A stretch of DNA of 64,000 nt from Actinomycetota bacterium. Lineage in GTDB: Bacteria > Actinomycetota > UBA4738 > JBJMLN01. Numbering within the stretch: position 1 is the first letter of the stretch; each line of letters opens with the position of its first letter. The notes under the pieces are model-generated. The model saw nothing but the letters and a program-made list of their open reading frames with translations, ran no database searches and was not told the DNA's origin. The stretch spans positions 17,705 to 81,704 of the forward strand of contig JBJMLN010000080.1 in NCBI GenBank assembly GCA_045805285.1, in the 5' to 3' direction. Shown here one piece after another: positions 18,524-28,262 of the stretch. The position numbers were made by a program, and so were the translations under genes.

Positions 18524-19711
18524 TACCTCTCTCAACCGTCCGTTCGGGGGGAGCACGAGGACCTCCCATCCCGCGCGGGAGAGCGACAGGCGCGCGACGG
18601 AGGCTCGTCCCTCGAGCGTCGCCGCCCGGTCGGCCGGGAGCGTCGAGGGATCGGTCGGATACACGAGCACCGCGACCTTCGGTCCGAACGCCTGTCCGGC
18701 GCGGATCAGCGCGGTCAGCTCGTGGGGTGGCGGCGGCGCCGTCACGGCGATCAGCGACACGTCCGCCGCCGCGACCGGTCGGAGCCGCCCGAGGGCGTTG
18801 GAGAGCGAGCGCGCGTGGGTGTGCTCCACCGAGGCGAGGCTCTCGAGGAGGCGGTCCTCCGCGATCGGAACCGCGGGCAGCTGCTCGGTGGCGAGCCGGA
18901 GCGAGAACCCGGAGCGCGCGAGCAGCACGCTGATCGAGGCGAGCGCCGACACGGCGCGCTCCAGCCCCGGGGAGTGCACCTGCCCGAGCGCCGACGCGCG
19001 CGTGTCGAGGAACAGGACCGCCGAAGCTCGCCTCGACGATTCGTCCTGGCGGATCATCAGCTCGCGGGTGCGCGCGACGCTCGGCCAGTGGATCCGCCGA
19101 AGGTCGTCGCCCGTCTGGTACGCGCGCATCGTGTAGAACTCCTCGCCGGTCCGGAACAGCGCGATCGAGCTCGAGGTTCCGACGCCCGCGCCGAACGGAG
19201 ACGTGTCTCCGCCGGCGAGGTCCTCCAGCTCCGGGGTGACGAGGAGCTCGTCGCGCTGATCGTCCTGGAGCCGGAGCCGCGTCAGCGAGAACGGGTCGGA
19301 GACGTCGACGCTCAGAGGTCCGATCACGTATCGGCCGCGCGCGTGCGGCACGACGGTGTAGGAGACGCGCTGTCGTCCGTGGCCGGGGATCCCCGTCAAC
19401 ACGAGGTGCGCCGGCCGTCCGAGCGTCGTCGGCGCACGGTCCTCCACGAGGAGGAACGATGTCGAGGTCGCGGCCTGGTTGTGGACGTCGATATCCACGG
19501 TGACGCGCTGTCCGGGTGTGGCGCGCACGTCGGAGAGACGCCGCCGGATCGCGACGCGCGTACGTCCACGGCGGGCGAAGAGCAGCGCAACGAGCGGAAG
19601 AACCACGAGCCCCACGGCGACGATGTGGAGCGTCGGGGAGCCCGCGATGCGGGCGACGATCCACAGCGACAGCCCCGTGCCGATCACGAGGAAGCCGCGC
19701 GCGGAGAGCAT
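18479..19711 (-). CDS. DUF58 domain protein (vWA-like, MoxR partner)
   Basis: Conserved DUF58 core (…FRTGEEFYTMRAYQTGDDLRRIHWPSVARTRELMIRQDE…). ATG overlaps the moxR stop (ATGA). Confidence 0.8.
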   Translation of the reverse strand: MLSARGFLVIGTGLSLWIVARIAGSPTLHIVAVGLVVLPLVALLFARRGRTRVAIRRRLSDVRATPGQRVTVDIDVHNQAATSTSFLLVEDRAPTTLGRPAHLVLTGIPGHGRQRVSYTVVPHARGRYVIGPLSVDVSDPFSLTRLRLQDDQRDELLVTPELEDLAGGDTSPFGAGVGTSSSIALFRTGEEFYTMRAYQTGDDLRRIHWPSVARTRELMIRQDESSRRASAVLFLDTRASALGQVHSPGLERAVSALASISVLLARSGFSLRLATEQLPAVPIAEDRLLESLASVEHTHARSLSNALGRLRPVAAADVSLIAVTAPPPPHELTALIRAGQAFGPKVAVLVYPTDPSTLPADRAATLEGRASVARLSLSRAGWEVLVLPPNGRLREVWQQNLRRRPALSRS

Positions 19712-20685
19712 CAGGTCTTTCCGCTGACGGGTACCGCCACCTCGTGCAGGAGCTCGTTCAGGACGGCGTCGACGGACCGGCCGCTCATCACGGCGTCCGC
19801 GGTCACGATCACGCGGTGGGAGAGCACCGGCTTCGCCAGCGCCTTGACGTCGTCGGGGGTCACGAAATCGCGCGCGTCGGCGGCGGCGTACGCCCGCGCC
19901 GAGCGCAACAACATGATCGAGGCGCGCGGGCTCGCTCCGAGATAGACGTCCGCATGCTTCCGTGAGGCGTCGACCAGATCGACGATGTATCGCCGGACGG
20001 CCGGAGCGACGTGCACCTGGCGAGCCTGCAGGATCATCTCCGCAACGCCGGGCGCGTCGGTGACCGACGAGATGTCCTCGAGGGTCGACGCGATCCCGTG
20101 CGTCGCGAGGATCTCCGCCTCGACGTCCGGGTCGGGATAGCCGATCGCGATCCGCATCATGAAGCGGTCGAGCTGCGCCTCGGGGAGCGGATACGTTCCC
20201 TCGTGCTCGACGGGGTTCTGCGTCGCGATCACGATGAACGGCGTCCCGAGCTGATACGTCTCGGTGTCGACGGTGACCTGGCGCTCCTCCATGCTCTCGA
20301 GGAGGGCCGACTGCGTCTTCGGGCTCGCTCTGTTGATCTCGTCTCCGAGGACGATGTTCGCGAAGATCGCGCCCGGCTTGAACTCGAAGTCGCCGCGTTC
20401 CTGGTTGAAGACGTTGACGCCGGTCACGTCGGTCGGCAGGAGATCGGGCGTGAACTGGATGCGGCGGAACGAGCAGTCGATCGAGCGCGCGAGGGCCTTC
20501 GCGAGCATTGTCTTGCCGACGCCCGGGACGTCCTCGATCAGGAGGTGTCCCTCCGCGATCAGCGAGACGAGGGCGAGGCGGATCTCCCGGTGCTTGCCCT
20601 GGACGACGCGCTCGATGTTCCGCTCGATCTCATGGAACGCCTCGGCGAGCTGTTGCCAGTCGCCCGAGCTGTTCTGCTGCTCCAT
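19711..20685 (-). CDS. MoxR-family AAA+ ATPase
   Basis: Walker A DVPGVGKT, a MoxR-type second region and Walker B/sensor motifs. 324 aa. Confidence 0.9.
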   Translation of the reverse strand: MEQQNSSGDWQQLAEAFHEIERNIERVVQGKHREIRLALVSLIAEGHLLIEDVPGVGKTMLAKALARSIDCSFRRIQFTPDLLPTDVTGVNVFNQERGDFEFKPGAIFANIVLGDEINRASPKTQSALLESMEERQVTVDTETYQLGTPFIVIATQNPVEHEGTYPLPEAQLDRFMMRIAIGYPDPDVEAEILATHGIASTLEDISSVTDAPGVAEMILQARQVHVAPAVRRYIVDLVDASRKHADVYLGASPRASIMLLRSARAYAAADARDFVTPDDVKALAKPVLSHRVIVTADAVMSGRSVDAVLNELLHEVAVPVSGKT

Positions 20686-21053
20686 GCGGCCTCCAATGCC
20701 GCGCTTGCGGGAGGCCTGCGCGCGGCCGGGTGCTGCCTGCGTGAGGACATCTTACCGATGAGTACGAACGCGACCGCTCGACGGCTCACGTCGAGCCGAA
20801 CGCAACGTCGCGGGGGCGCGAAGAAGCCCGGGCAGGGAGCTCACGAGAGGAGGGAGAAGGCGGTGGCCGTTGGCCCGCGACGCTTTCGGACGCCCCGCGC
20901 GGCCCCTTTTCGCTACAAAAGGCGCCCTGCCGAGGGACCGTTTCCGGCCACCGCCTTCTTCAGCGTAGATTACACCCTTGTCATTCGGCGTTGGCAAGTA
21001 GCGTTCGCGGAGCGCCCTCAGGCACGTTGCTATACTCGCGCAGGTCCCCGCCC

Positions 21054-21536
21054 ATGGGTAGAGCCCTCGTTCTCAACGTCTCCGACCGGCCTCTGGCAGT
21101 GGTCACTGCGAGGAGGGCAGTCGTCCTCGTGCTCAAGCACAAGGCGGAGGTCGTCGTCTCGAACGGCGTGATCTTCCACTCCGAACGCCTGCAGCTCCCG
21201 GCGCCGTCGGTCGTGCGGCTGAAGTACTTCGTCAAGATCCCCTACCGCGCGCACGCCGCGTTGACGCGGCGGGCGATCTTCGCCCGCGACGGCTGGGTGT
21301 GTCAGTACTGCGGCCAGCCGGCGGAGAACCTCGACCACGTCCTTCCTCGCTCGCGCGGTGGAGGTCATACCTGGGAGAACGTCGTCGCCGCATGCCGGCG
21401 ATGTAACTCCCGGAAGGAGAACCGGCTCCCGCACGAGGCCGGCCTCGCGCTCGCGCGGAAGCCGTTCGCTCCGTCGGACGGATTCCGCCTGTCGCTCGGA
21501 CGGCTCGAGTCCGACTGGGAGCCGTATCTCGCCTGA
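21054..21536 (+). CDS. HNH endonuclease
   Basis: HNH motif CQYCGQP…LDHVLPRSRGGGHTWENVVAACRRCNSRK. Start at MGRALVLN (ATG 21054). Promoter-like TGCTATACT sits about 20 nt upstream. Confidence 0.8.
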   Translation: MGRALVLNVSDRPLAVVTARRAVVLVLKHKAEVVVSNGVIFHSERLQLPAPSVVRLKYFVKIPYRAHAALTRRAIFARDGWVCQYCGQPAENLDHVLPRSRGGGHTWENVVAACRRCNSRKENRLPHEAGLALARKPFAPSDGFRLSLGRLESDWEPYLA

Positions 21537-21644
21537 TCGACGGCCGTGACGGCCGAGCGGTCGCGTCTCTCCTGTAGATAGCTCCCTTTTCGCACCGCTT
21601 CTTGGGCCTTCCGCTCAGCTATCTCGCCTCGGTACCTTGACGTA

Positions 21645-21671
21645 GTGGAGTACAGGTGGCATAAACGTGGG
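21645..21671. promoter_or_regulatory. candidate MraZ-binding direct repeats / mraZ promoter region
   Basis: Three GTGG(A/C/G) direct repeats with 11-nt phasing (GTGGAgtacagGTGGCataaacGTGGG). A TTGACG hexamer at 21637 lies immediately upstream of mraZ. Confidence 0.4.
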
Positions 21672-21699
21672 GCTCAGTGGAGGGGAAGGGGAGGAGCGC

Positions 21700-22134
21700 G
21701 TGGCCGACCTTCTCGGCACGCACAGCTACCAGTTGGACCAGAAGGGCAGGATCTCGCTGCCCGTCCGTTTCCGTGAGGCATTCGCTGACGGCGCGTACCT
21801 GACGCTCGGACAGGACGGCTGCCTGTTCTGCTTCCCCGGTGCCGAATGGGTGGAGCGCACGGCCGAGCTCCGCTCCTCCCCCCTCTCCGACGCCGAGGGT
21901 CGCGCGATGGCGCGGATCTTCTTCGGCAACGCCGAGCACGTCGACCTCGACTCGCAGGGACGACTCGTGATCCCGCAGCGCCTCCGCGCCGCGGTCGGAT
22001 TGAAGAAGGAGGCCGTGGTGGTCGGGGTGAACGATCGGATGGAGATCTGGGACCGGGACGCGCACGATCGCTATCAGGAGAGCTTCGGGGGCGCGTACCT
22101 CGCCGGCTCGCTCCTTCCCGGCAGGCGCTCGTGA
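21700..22134 (+). CDS. mraZ: division/cell wall cluster transcriptional regulator MraZ
   Basis: Hallmark LLGTHSYQLDQKGRISLP…VDLDSQGRLVIP duplicated MraZ domains. GTG 21700 is preceded by the RBS GGAGGAG; the track start 21667 (also GTG) lies inside the putative operator repeats. Confidence 0.85.
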   Translation: MADLLGTHSYQLDQKGRISLPVRFREAFADGAYLTLGQDGCLFCFPGAEWVERTAELRSSPLSDAEGRAMARIFFGNAEHVDLDSQGRLVIPQRLRAAVGLKKEAVVVGVNDRMEIWDRDAHDRYQESFGGAYLAGSLLPGRRS

Positions 22135-22251
22135 CGGGGCCGCTCTCCAAGGAGCTGCGACAGAGCCTCGGACTGTTGTTGGGCTCGGCCGTCGCGCTCG
22201 CGCTCTATCTCGGCGTCGGCTTGCTCGCGGTGCGGTTCCTCGGATGAGCGC

Positions 22252-23163
22252 GTGGAGGAGGAACCGGACGGACCGGATCGGACCGCCGACGCGAGCGGGA
22301 CGCACGTTCCGGTCCTGCGTGACGAGGTCGTTCGACTCCTCGGGGGTGATCGCGTGGTGATCGACGCGACGCTCGGCGCCGGAGGACACGCCGAGGCACT
22401 CCTCGAAGCGGGAGCGCGGCGTGTGATCGGCATCGACCGAGACCCGTCCGCGAGGGAGCTCGCCGCCGGGCGGCTGTCGCGCTTCGGCGAGCGGATCTCC
22501 GTCCGCGGCGGCCTCTTCAGCGAGGTGCTCGCGGAGATGGCGGAGAGCCGCGCGCCGGTCGGAGGGATCCTCCTCGATCTCGGCGTGTCCTCGATGCAGC
22601 TCGACCGCGCCGAGCGCGGGTTCAGCTACCGACAGGGCGGTCCGCTCGACATGCGCATGGGAGCGGAGGGTCTCACTGCGGCCTCGATCGTCAACGAGAC
22701 GTCGGAGGAGGAGCTCGCCGACATCGTCTACGAGCTCGGCGGCGAGCGCCGTTCGCGCCGGGTCGCCGCGGCGATCGTGCGTGCTCGTTCGCGACACCCG
22801 ATCGAGACGACGGACGAACTCGCCGGGATCGTCGCCGGTGCCGTCGGCTCGCGACGCGGCGGTGCGCATCCTGCGCGCCGGACGTTTCAGGCCCTTCGGC
22901 TCGCGGTGAACGACGAGTTGGAGGAGCTCCAGGGCGCGCTTCCGCTCGCGGTCCGCGCGCTCGCACCCGGCGGGCGGCTCGTCGTGATCGCGTACCACTC
23001 GCTCGAGGACCGCATCGTGAAGCGGTTCTTCGCGGAGGCGCCCGAGCTCGAGGTCATCACCCGCAAGCCGGTCCGGCCGACCACCGGCGAGGTGGAGGAG
23101 AACCCGCGCGCCAGAAGCGCGCGGCTCCGTGCCGCGGAGCGCAGGGGAGACGTCGCGGCATGA
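22252..23163 (+). CDS. rsmH: 16S rRNA (cytosine1402-N4)-methyltransferase RsmH (MraW)
   Basis: HVPVLRDEV…IDATLGAGGHAEALL…LLDLGVSSMQLD…AYHSLEDRIVK motifs. Confidence 0.9.
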   Translation: MEEEPDGPDRTADASGTHVPVLRDEVVRLLGGDRVVIDATLGAGGHAEALLEAGARRVIGIDRDPSARELAAGRLSRFGERISVRGGLFSEVLAEMAESRAPVGGILLDLGVSSMQLDRAERGFSYRQGGPLDMRMGAEGLTAASIVNETSEEELADIVYELGGERRSRRVAAAIVRARSRHPIETTDELAGIVAGAVGSRRGGAHPARRTFQALRLAVNDELEELQGALPLAVRALAPGGRLVVIAYHSLEDRIVKRFFAEAPELEVITRKPVRPTTGEVEENPRARSARLRAAERRGDVAA

Positions 23164-23600
23164 GCGCCCCAGCGCGCAAGCTCCAGCCGTCGCCCCGGCC
23201 GAAGCGGCCGCCACAGCCGAAGCAGCCCTCGAAGCCGGAGCGGCGCGCTCCCGCATCGACGCGCCCGACGAACACGCCGCGCAAGCCCGCGCAGCGCAGG
23301 CGCGCCCGGCGTTTGCGGTTGCGATTCGCGGTGGTGATCGCGGCGGTCGTCGTTCCGCTGATCGTCGGGCTGGTGTCGTTGAACGCGGTGCTCGCGCAGA
23401 CTTCGTTCACCGTCGACTCGTTGACGACGCGCGTGAGCACCCTCCAGCAGAAGGGGGAGGAGCTCCGCAAGGACGTGGCCGTCCGCTCCGCGCCGGGTCG
23501 CGTGTACCGATGGGCGCTGAAGCAGCACATGATCACTCCCGATCCGCACGACGTGCATGTCCTGCATCCGCCGGCGCACGGACCGGGAACCGGGCCTTGA
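23160..23600 (+). CDS. ftsL: cell division protein FtsL-like (septum formation initiator)
   Basis: Basic/proline-rich N-terminus, one TM helix (FAVVIAAVVVPLIVGLVSL) and a coiled-coil region. Position between rsmH and ftsI, start overlapping the rsmH stop (ATGA). Confidence 0.6.
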   Translation: MSAPARKLQPSPRPKRPPQPKQPSKPERRAPASTRPTNTPRKPAQRRRARRLRLRFAVVIAAVVVPLIVGLVSLNAVLAQTSFTVDSLTTRVSTLQQKGEELRKDVAVRSAPGRVYRWALKQHMITPDPHDVHVLHPPAHGPGTGP

Positions 23601-25315
23601 CCCGTCCTCCGGTCAGCCGTCTGGCCGCGCTGTTCCTCGTCCTCGTGTTCGCGATGGGCGGCATCGTGCTCCGCCTCGGCGTCCTCCAGGTGCGGGAGTC
23701 CCACCAGTTCCGGGACCTCGCCCTGAACCAGCGGGAGCGGACCGTGACGCTCGAGGCGACGCGGGGCGCGATCCTCGACCGTTCCCGCGAAGACCTCGCG
23801 ATGTCGCTCCAGGCCCGCGACGTCTACGCGGACGGCCGCTTCGTGAGCGACGCGCTCGCGACGGCCGCCAAGATCGCGCCGATCCTCCACGTCCGCCCGC
23901 ACACGCTGATGCCGGGACTGAGCTCGCCCTCCAGCTTCTCCTACCTGGCGCGCGGCGTTCCGATGGGACAGGCGGACCGGATCGAGGCACTCCATCTGGC
24001 CGGCATTGGGTTCCTCGACTCGACGCGACGTTTCTACCCGGCCGGGCCGCTCGCGCCACAGGTCCTCGGCTACGTCGGAACCGACGGCACGGGTCTCGCG
24101 GGGCTGGAGCTCCAGTACAACTCGATCCTCAGCGGGCGCAACGGAGAGGTCTCCCAGGAGATCGACCGGAACGGCCAGCCGATCCAGGGGAGCGTGACCT
24201 CCGACATCCCGCCCGTGCGGGGGGAGAGCGTCGTCACCACGATCGACCGTGACTTCCAGTACCAGGTGCAGTCGGCGCTCCAACGCGCGGTGCAGGCGAA
24301 CCACGCGAAGGGCGGCACGGTCATCGTCTTGGATCCGAACACCGGTCAAATCCTCGCGATGGCGACCTATCCGTGGTTCGACCCGAACGACTATCAGGCC
24401 TCGCCCGAGCCGACGTGGCGGAACACCGCGATCGACGACGTTTTCGAGCCGGGGTCGGTCTGCAAGGTGATCACGGCCTCTGCCGCGGTGGAGGAGCACG
24501 CGATCTCGATGAACGACAAGATCGTGGTGCCGTACTCGCTCCGCGTGGACAGCACGTACACGATCCACGACTCGCATTTCCACCCGACGGAGCGGATGAC
24601 GCCGGGCGACATCATCGCTCAGTCGAGCAACATCGGAACGGTCAAGCTCGCGCAGGCCGTCGGGCAGGACACGTTCGCGAGCTACATCTCCCGGTTCGGC
24701 TTCGGACAGCCGTCTCATGTCGGGTTCCCGGGCGAAGCCTCCGGCATCCTCCCGCCGCTGTTCGACTGGACGGCGGCGAACATGGCGACCATGGCCTACG
24801 GCCAGGGCATCGCGGTCACGCCGCTTCAGATGGCGTCGGTGTACGCGACGATCGCGAACGGCGGAACGTGGATCCAGCCGCAGCTGGTCAAGGGAACGAT
24901 CGATCCGTCCGGCGCGTACCATCCCGCGGCCCCGCAGGCGACGCGGAGCGTGGTCTCCCCGCAGACCGCCCGGACCGTGACGTCGATGCTTGCGCTCGGC
25001 GTCCAGGCCGGCACGGGAACCGAGGCGCAGATCCCGGGCTACCAGGTCGCGGGGAAGACGGGAACGGCCCGGATCCCGCTGCCGGACCGCGCCGGCTACT
25101 ACACGAACCGCGACATCGCCTCGTTCATCGGGATGCTGCCGGCGTCGAACCCGAAGGTCGTCGTCGCGGCGATCCTGGACCAGCCGACGACGGTCTACGG
25201 CGGCGTTGCCGCCGCGCCGCTGTTCCAGGAGGTCGGCCGCTACGCGATCCAGCGTCTCGGCATCGAGCCCGGAACGCGCTTGCCCCTCCCGCCCCACCTG
25301 ATGCCGCTCCGATGA
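23597..25315 (+). CDS. ftsI: penicillin-binding protein (class B PBP, FtsI/PBP3 transpeptidase)
   Basis: TM anchor followed by PBP dimerisation domain. Transpeptidase motifs SVCK (SxxK), SSN, KTGTA. TTG 23597 overlaps the ftsL stop (TTGA); the track start 23129 would overlap all of ftsL. Confidence 0.85.
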   Translation: MTRPPVSRLAALFLVLVFAMGGIVLRLGVLQVRESHQFRDLALNQRERTVTLEATRGAILDRSREDLAMSLQARDVYADGRFVSDALATAAKIAPILHVRPHTLMPGLSSPSSFSYLARGVPMGQADRIEALHLAGIGFLDSTRRFYPAGPLAPQVLGYVGTDGTGLAGLELQYNSILSGRNGEVSQEIDRNGQPIQGSVTSDIPPVRGESVVTTIDRDFQYQVQSALQRAVQANHAKGGTVIVLDPNTGQILAMATYPWFDPNDYQASPEPTWRNTAIDDVFEPGSVCKVITASAAVEEHAISMNDKIVVPYSLRVDSTYTIHDSHFHPTERMTPGDIIAQSSNIGTVKLAQAVGQDTFASYISRFGFGQPSHVGFPGEASGILPPLFDWTAANMATMAYGQGIAVTPLQMASVYATIANGGTWIQPQLVKGTIDPSGAYHPAAPQATRSVVSPQTARTVTSMLALGVQAGTGTEAQIPGYQVAGKTGTARIPLPDRAGYYTNRDIASFIGMLPASNPKVVVAAILDQPTTVYGGVAAAPLFQEVGRYAIQRLGIEPGTRLPLPPHLMPLR

Positions 25316-26907
25316 GCGCCCCGCCGCTCGGGGCAGCCGCGCTCGAGACCGGCGCGCGCGTGCTGCTAGAATCCGGCCGCTCGCCGCGCGGGGACGCTCC
25401 CGCAGAGGCGACACGACCCCATCCCGGCGGCGCATTGGCATCCACATCTCCCCATCGCACCGCGCTCTCCGAGACGCTTCGAGCGCTCCCGGAGGCGGAG
25501 CTCCGCGGCGACGGCTCCCTCGAGATCCGTGACGTCGCATATCGCTCCGATCAGGTCAGCCCGGGGGCGCTGTTCTTCTGCGTTCCGGGATCGCGCACCG
25601 ATGGACACGCGTTCGCGGCCGCCGCGGTGGCATCCGGCGCCGTCGGGCTCGTCGTCGAGCGCGTCGTCGACGTCGATCCGGGCGTCGCGCAGGTCGTCGT
25701 ACCGTCGGTCCGCGCCGCGATGGGGCCGATCTCCGCGGCGTTCTTCGGCAGGCCCGCCGACCGCATGACGATGGTCGGCATCACCGGCACGAACGGCAAG
25801 ACGACGACCACGTACCTGTTGGAGTCGATCTTCGCGAGCGCGGGCTCGACGCCGGGAGTCATCGGAACGATTGGCGCGCGCATCGCTCGCGAGCCCGTGC
25901 CGTTCGAGCGGACGACGCCCGAGGCTCCGGATCTGCACCGGATGCTCCGCACGATGCTCGATCGCGGCGTCCGCGGCGTCGCGATGGAGGTCTCCTCCCA
26001 CGGACTGGAGCAGCAGCGCGTCGGCGGCGTGCGGTTCGATCGCGCCGTCTTCACGAACCTCTCGCAGGACCACCTCGACTATCACGGCTCGATGGAGGCG
26101 TACTTCGCCGCGAAGGCGTTGCTGTTCCGGCCGGAGGCGACCGAGTTCGCGGTCCTGAACGCCGACGTTCCGGAGGGAGAACGACTGCGCCGCGACGACG
26201 TTCCGTCCACGTCGTACGGCGTGTCAGAGGGGGCGGACGTCCGCGCGACCGACGTGAAGCTCTCTGCGAGCGGAGTGGTGTTCCGCGTCGGCGATGTGAA
26301 GGTGCGCTCGCCGCTCCGAGGTGCGTTCAACGTCTCCAACGCGCTCGCCGCATTCGCGACCGCGCGAACGCTCGGGATCGACGACGACGCCATCGTGCGC
26401 GGCATCGGCGAGCTCTCCGGCGTCCCGGGGCGGATGGAGGCGGTCGACGCCGGGCAGAGCTTCCTCGTGATCGTCGACTACGCGCACACGCCCGACGGCG
26501 TGGAGAACGTCCTGCGGGCCGCGCGTCAGCTCGCGGAGGACCGCGTGATCGTCGTCCTCGGCTGTGGTGGAGACCGCGACCGAGCCAAGCGCCCGTTGAT
26601 GGGCCGCGCCGCGACGTCGCTCGCCGACCTGACGGTGATCACGAGCGACAACCCTCGTTCGGAAGACCCGCGCGCGATCATCGCGGAGATCGAGCCGGGC
26701 GCACGCGACGGCGGGGGCCGCTACGAGGTCGAGCCGGACCGGCGCGTCGCGATCCGCGAGGCGCTCGCCGAGGCTCACGCCGGCGACGTCGTCCTGATCG
26801 CGGGCAAAGGCCACGAGACGGGACAGGAGTTCGCAGATCGCACCGTCCCGTTCGACGACCGGACCGTGGCTCGCGAGGAGCTCGCCGAGATCGGGGCGTC
26901 GAGATGA
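25312..26907 (+). CDS. murE: UDP-N-acetylmuramoyl-L-alanyl-D-glutamate--2,6-diaminopimelate ligase MurE
   Basis: Mur ligase GITGTNGKTTTTYL, DHLDYHGS, and the DNPR motif (SDNPRSEDP) indicating meso-DAP specificity. ATGA overlap with ftsI. Confidence 0.9.
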   Translation: MSAPPLGAAALETGARVLLESGRSPRGDAPAEATRPHPGGALASTSPHRTALSETLRALPEAELRGDGSLEIRDVAYRSDQVSPGALFFCVPGSRTDGHAFAAAAVASGAVGLVVERVVDVDPGVAQVVVPSVRAAMGPISAAFFGRPADRMTMVGITGTNGKTTTTYLLESIFASAGSTPGVIGTIGARIAREPVPFERTTPEAPDLHRMLRTMLDRGVRGVAMEVSSHGLEQQRVGGVRFDRAVFTNLSQDHLDYHGSMEAYFAAKALLFRPEATEFAVLNADVPEGERLRRDDVPSTSYGVSEGADVRATDVKLSASGVVFRVGDVKVRSPLRGAFNVSNALAAFATARTLGIDDDAIVRGIGELSGVPGRMEAVDAGQSFLVIVDYAHTPDGVENVLRAARQLAEDRVIVVLGCGGDRDRAKRPLMGRAATSLADLTVITSDNPRSEDPRAIIAEIEPGARDGGGRYEVEPDRRVAIREALAEAHAGDVVLIAGKGHETGQEFADRTVPFDDRTVAREELAEIGASR

Positions 26908-28262
26908 GGACGCTTCGTCTCTCCGACGTCGCGGCAGCGACGGACGGCGTCGTCCACGGCGAGGACGTGGAGGTCTCCAGTGTCGCCGTCGACGGACGTG
27001 CGGCGGGACCCGGAGCGCTGTTCGTCGCGATCCGCGGCGAGCGCGCCGACGGGCAGGACTTCGTCGAGCAGGCGTTCGCCTCCGGCGCTTCGGCGGCGCT
27101 CGTGGAACGCTCGATCGGCGACCATCCCCACGTCCTCGTGGGAGACACGACCTCGGCGTTCCTCTCCCTCGCCGCGTCGGAGCGCCGCGCGATGGACGCC
27201 TCCGTCGTGGTGATCACCGGCGCGAACGGAAAGACGTCGACGAAGGATCTCGCGGCGGCGATCCTCTCCACGCGGTTCGGCGTGCACGCGAGCCCCGCGT
27301 CGTTCAACAACGAGGTCGGTGTGCCGCTCACGATCCTCGGAGCGCCGCCGGAGACCGAGATGCTCGTCTGCGAGCTCGGAGCGCGACACGTCGGCGACCA
27401 CGCGCGGCTGACCGGGGTGGTCGATCCCGACGTCGTCGTGGTGACGAACGCAGGGGTCGCGCATCTCCAGGAGTTCGGGTCTTGGGAGAACGTCGTCGCG
27501 GCGACCGCCGAACCCGTCGAGGCGCTCGGCGAGGGCGCGATCGCGATCCTGTCCGCGGACGACCGCACGGTGCGCGAGCTCTCGGAGCGCACCGCCGCCG
27601 AGGTCCTCACGTTCGGGCTGGCCGACGAGGCCGATGTCCGCGCGACCGACGTGGAGCTCGATCCGGACGGCCGCGCGCGATTCACGCTCCGCTGCGCGGG
27701 AGAGAGCGAGCCGGTCGAACTTTCCGTCGTGGGAACGCACATGGTCTCGAACGCCCTCGCGGCGTCCGCGTGCGGGCTCGCCTTGGGACTCACGGCCGCG
27801 GAATGCGCGACGGGCCTGAAGAACGCGGAGATCTCGCATTGGCGGATGGAGATCTCCGAGACGTCCGGCGGGCTGCGGCTCGTCAACGACGCCTACAACG
27901 CCAACCCCGACTCGATGGAGGCCGGGCTCAAGGCCGCGCGCTGGATCGCGCGGGACGGCCGGCTCGTCGCGGTGCTCGGACATATGGCCGAGCTCGGTCC
28001 GGTCTCGGCCGAGGAGCACGCGACCCTCGGCCGGCTCGTCACGCGGATCGGCATCGACCGGCTCGTCACCGTCGGGGCAGAGGCCGAGGCGATCGCGCGA
28101 TCGGCGATCCTCGAGGGGATGGAGCCCGACGCCGTGCGCTCCGTCGACTCCGCGGCAGACGCCGCCTCGGACGTCCGATCGTGGGCACGCCGCGGCGACG
28201 TCGTGTTCCTGAAGGGCTCGCGGGTCGTCGGCCTCGAACGTGTCGCGGAGGCGCTCGCGTGA
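26904..28262 (+). CDS. murF: UDP-N-acetylmuramoyl-tripeptide--D-alanyl-D-alanine ligase MurF
   Basis: MurF-type Mur ligase (ITGANGKTSTKD…). ATGA overlap with murE. Confidence 0.9.
   Translation: MRTLRLSDVAAATDGVVHGEDVEVSSVAVDGRAAGPGALFVAIRGERADGQDFVEQAFASGASAALVERSIGDHPHVLVGDTTSAFLSLAASERRAMDASVVVITGANGKTSTKDLAAAILSTRFGVHASPASFNNEVGVPLTILGAPPETEMLVCELGARHVGDHARLTGVVDPDVVVVTNAGVAHLQEFGSWENVVAATAEPVEALGEGAIAILSADDRTVRELSERTAAEVLTFGLADEADVRATDVELDPDGRARFTLRCAGESEPVELSVVGTHMVSNALAASACGLALGLTAAECATGLKNAEISHWRMEISETSGGLRLVNDAYNANPDSMEAGLKAARWIARDGRLVAVLGHMAELGPVSAEEHATLGRLVTRIGIDRLVTVGAEAEAIARSAILEGMEPDAVRSVDSAADAASDVRSWARRGDVVFLKGSRVVGLERVAEALA

Noticed and set aside
16209-19664. Track ORF of 1151 aa suggesting one giant protein spanning the DUF58 and transglutaminase genes
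   Set aside because: The upstream 380 aa are R/P/G-rich in a frame overlapping the well-supported DUF58 gene. The TGase protein begins at the internal Met (MAAEPAPAS…) followed by TM helices.
20686-21053. 368-bp moxR/HNH divergent intergenic region with an AT stem (CCTTTT-cgctac-AAAAGG) and an 81-aa minus-strand ORF
   Set aside because: The ORF is low-complexity. The hairpin and the TGCTATACT element are most simply promoter/5'-UTR features. No ncRNA family is recognisable by eye.
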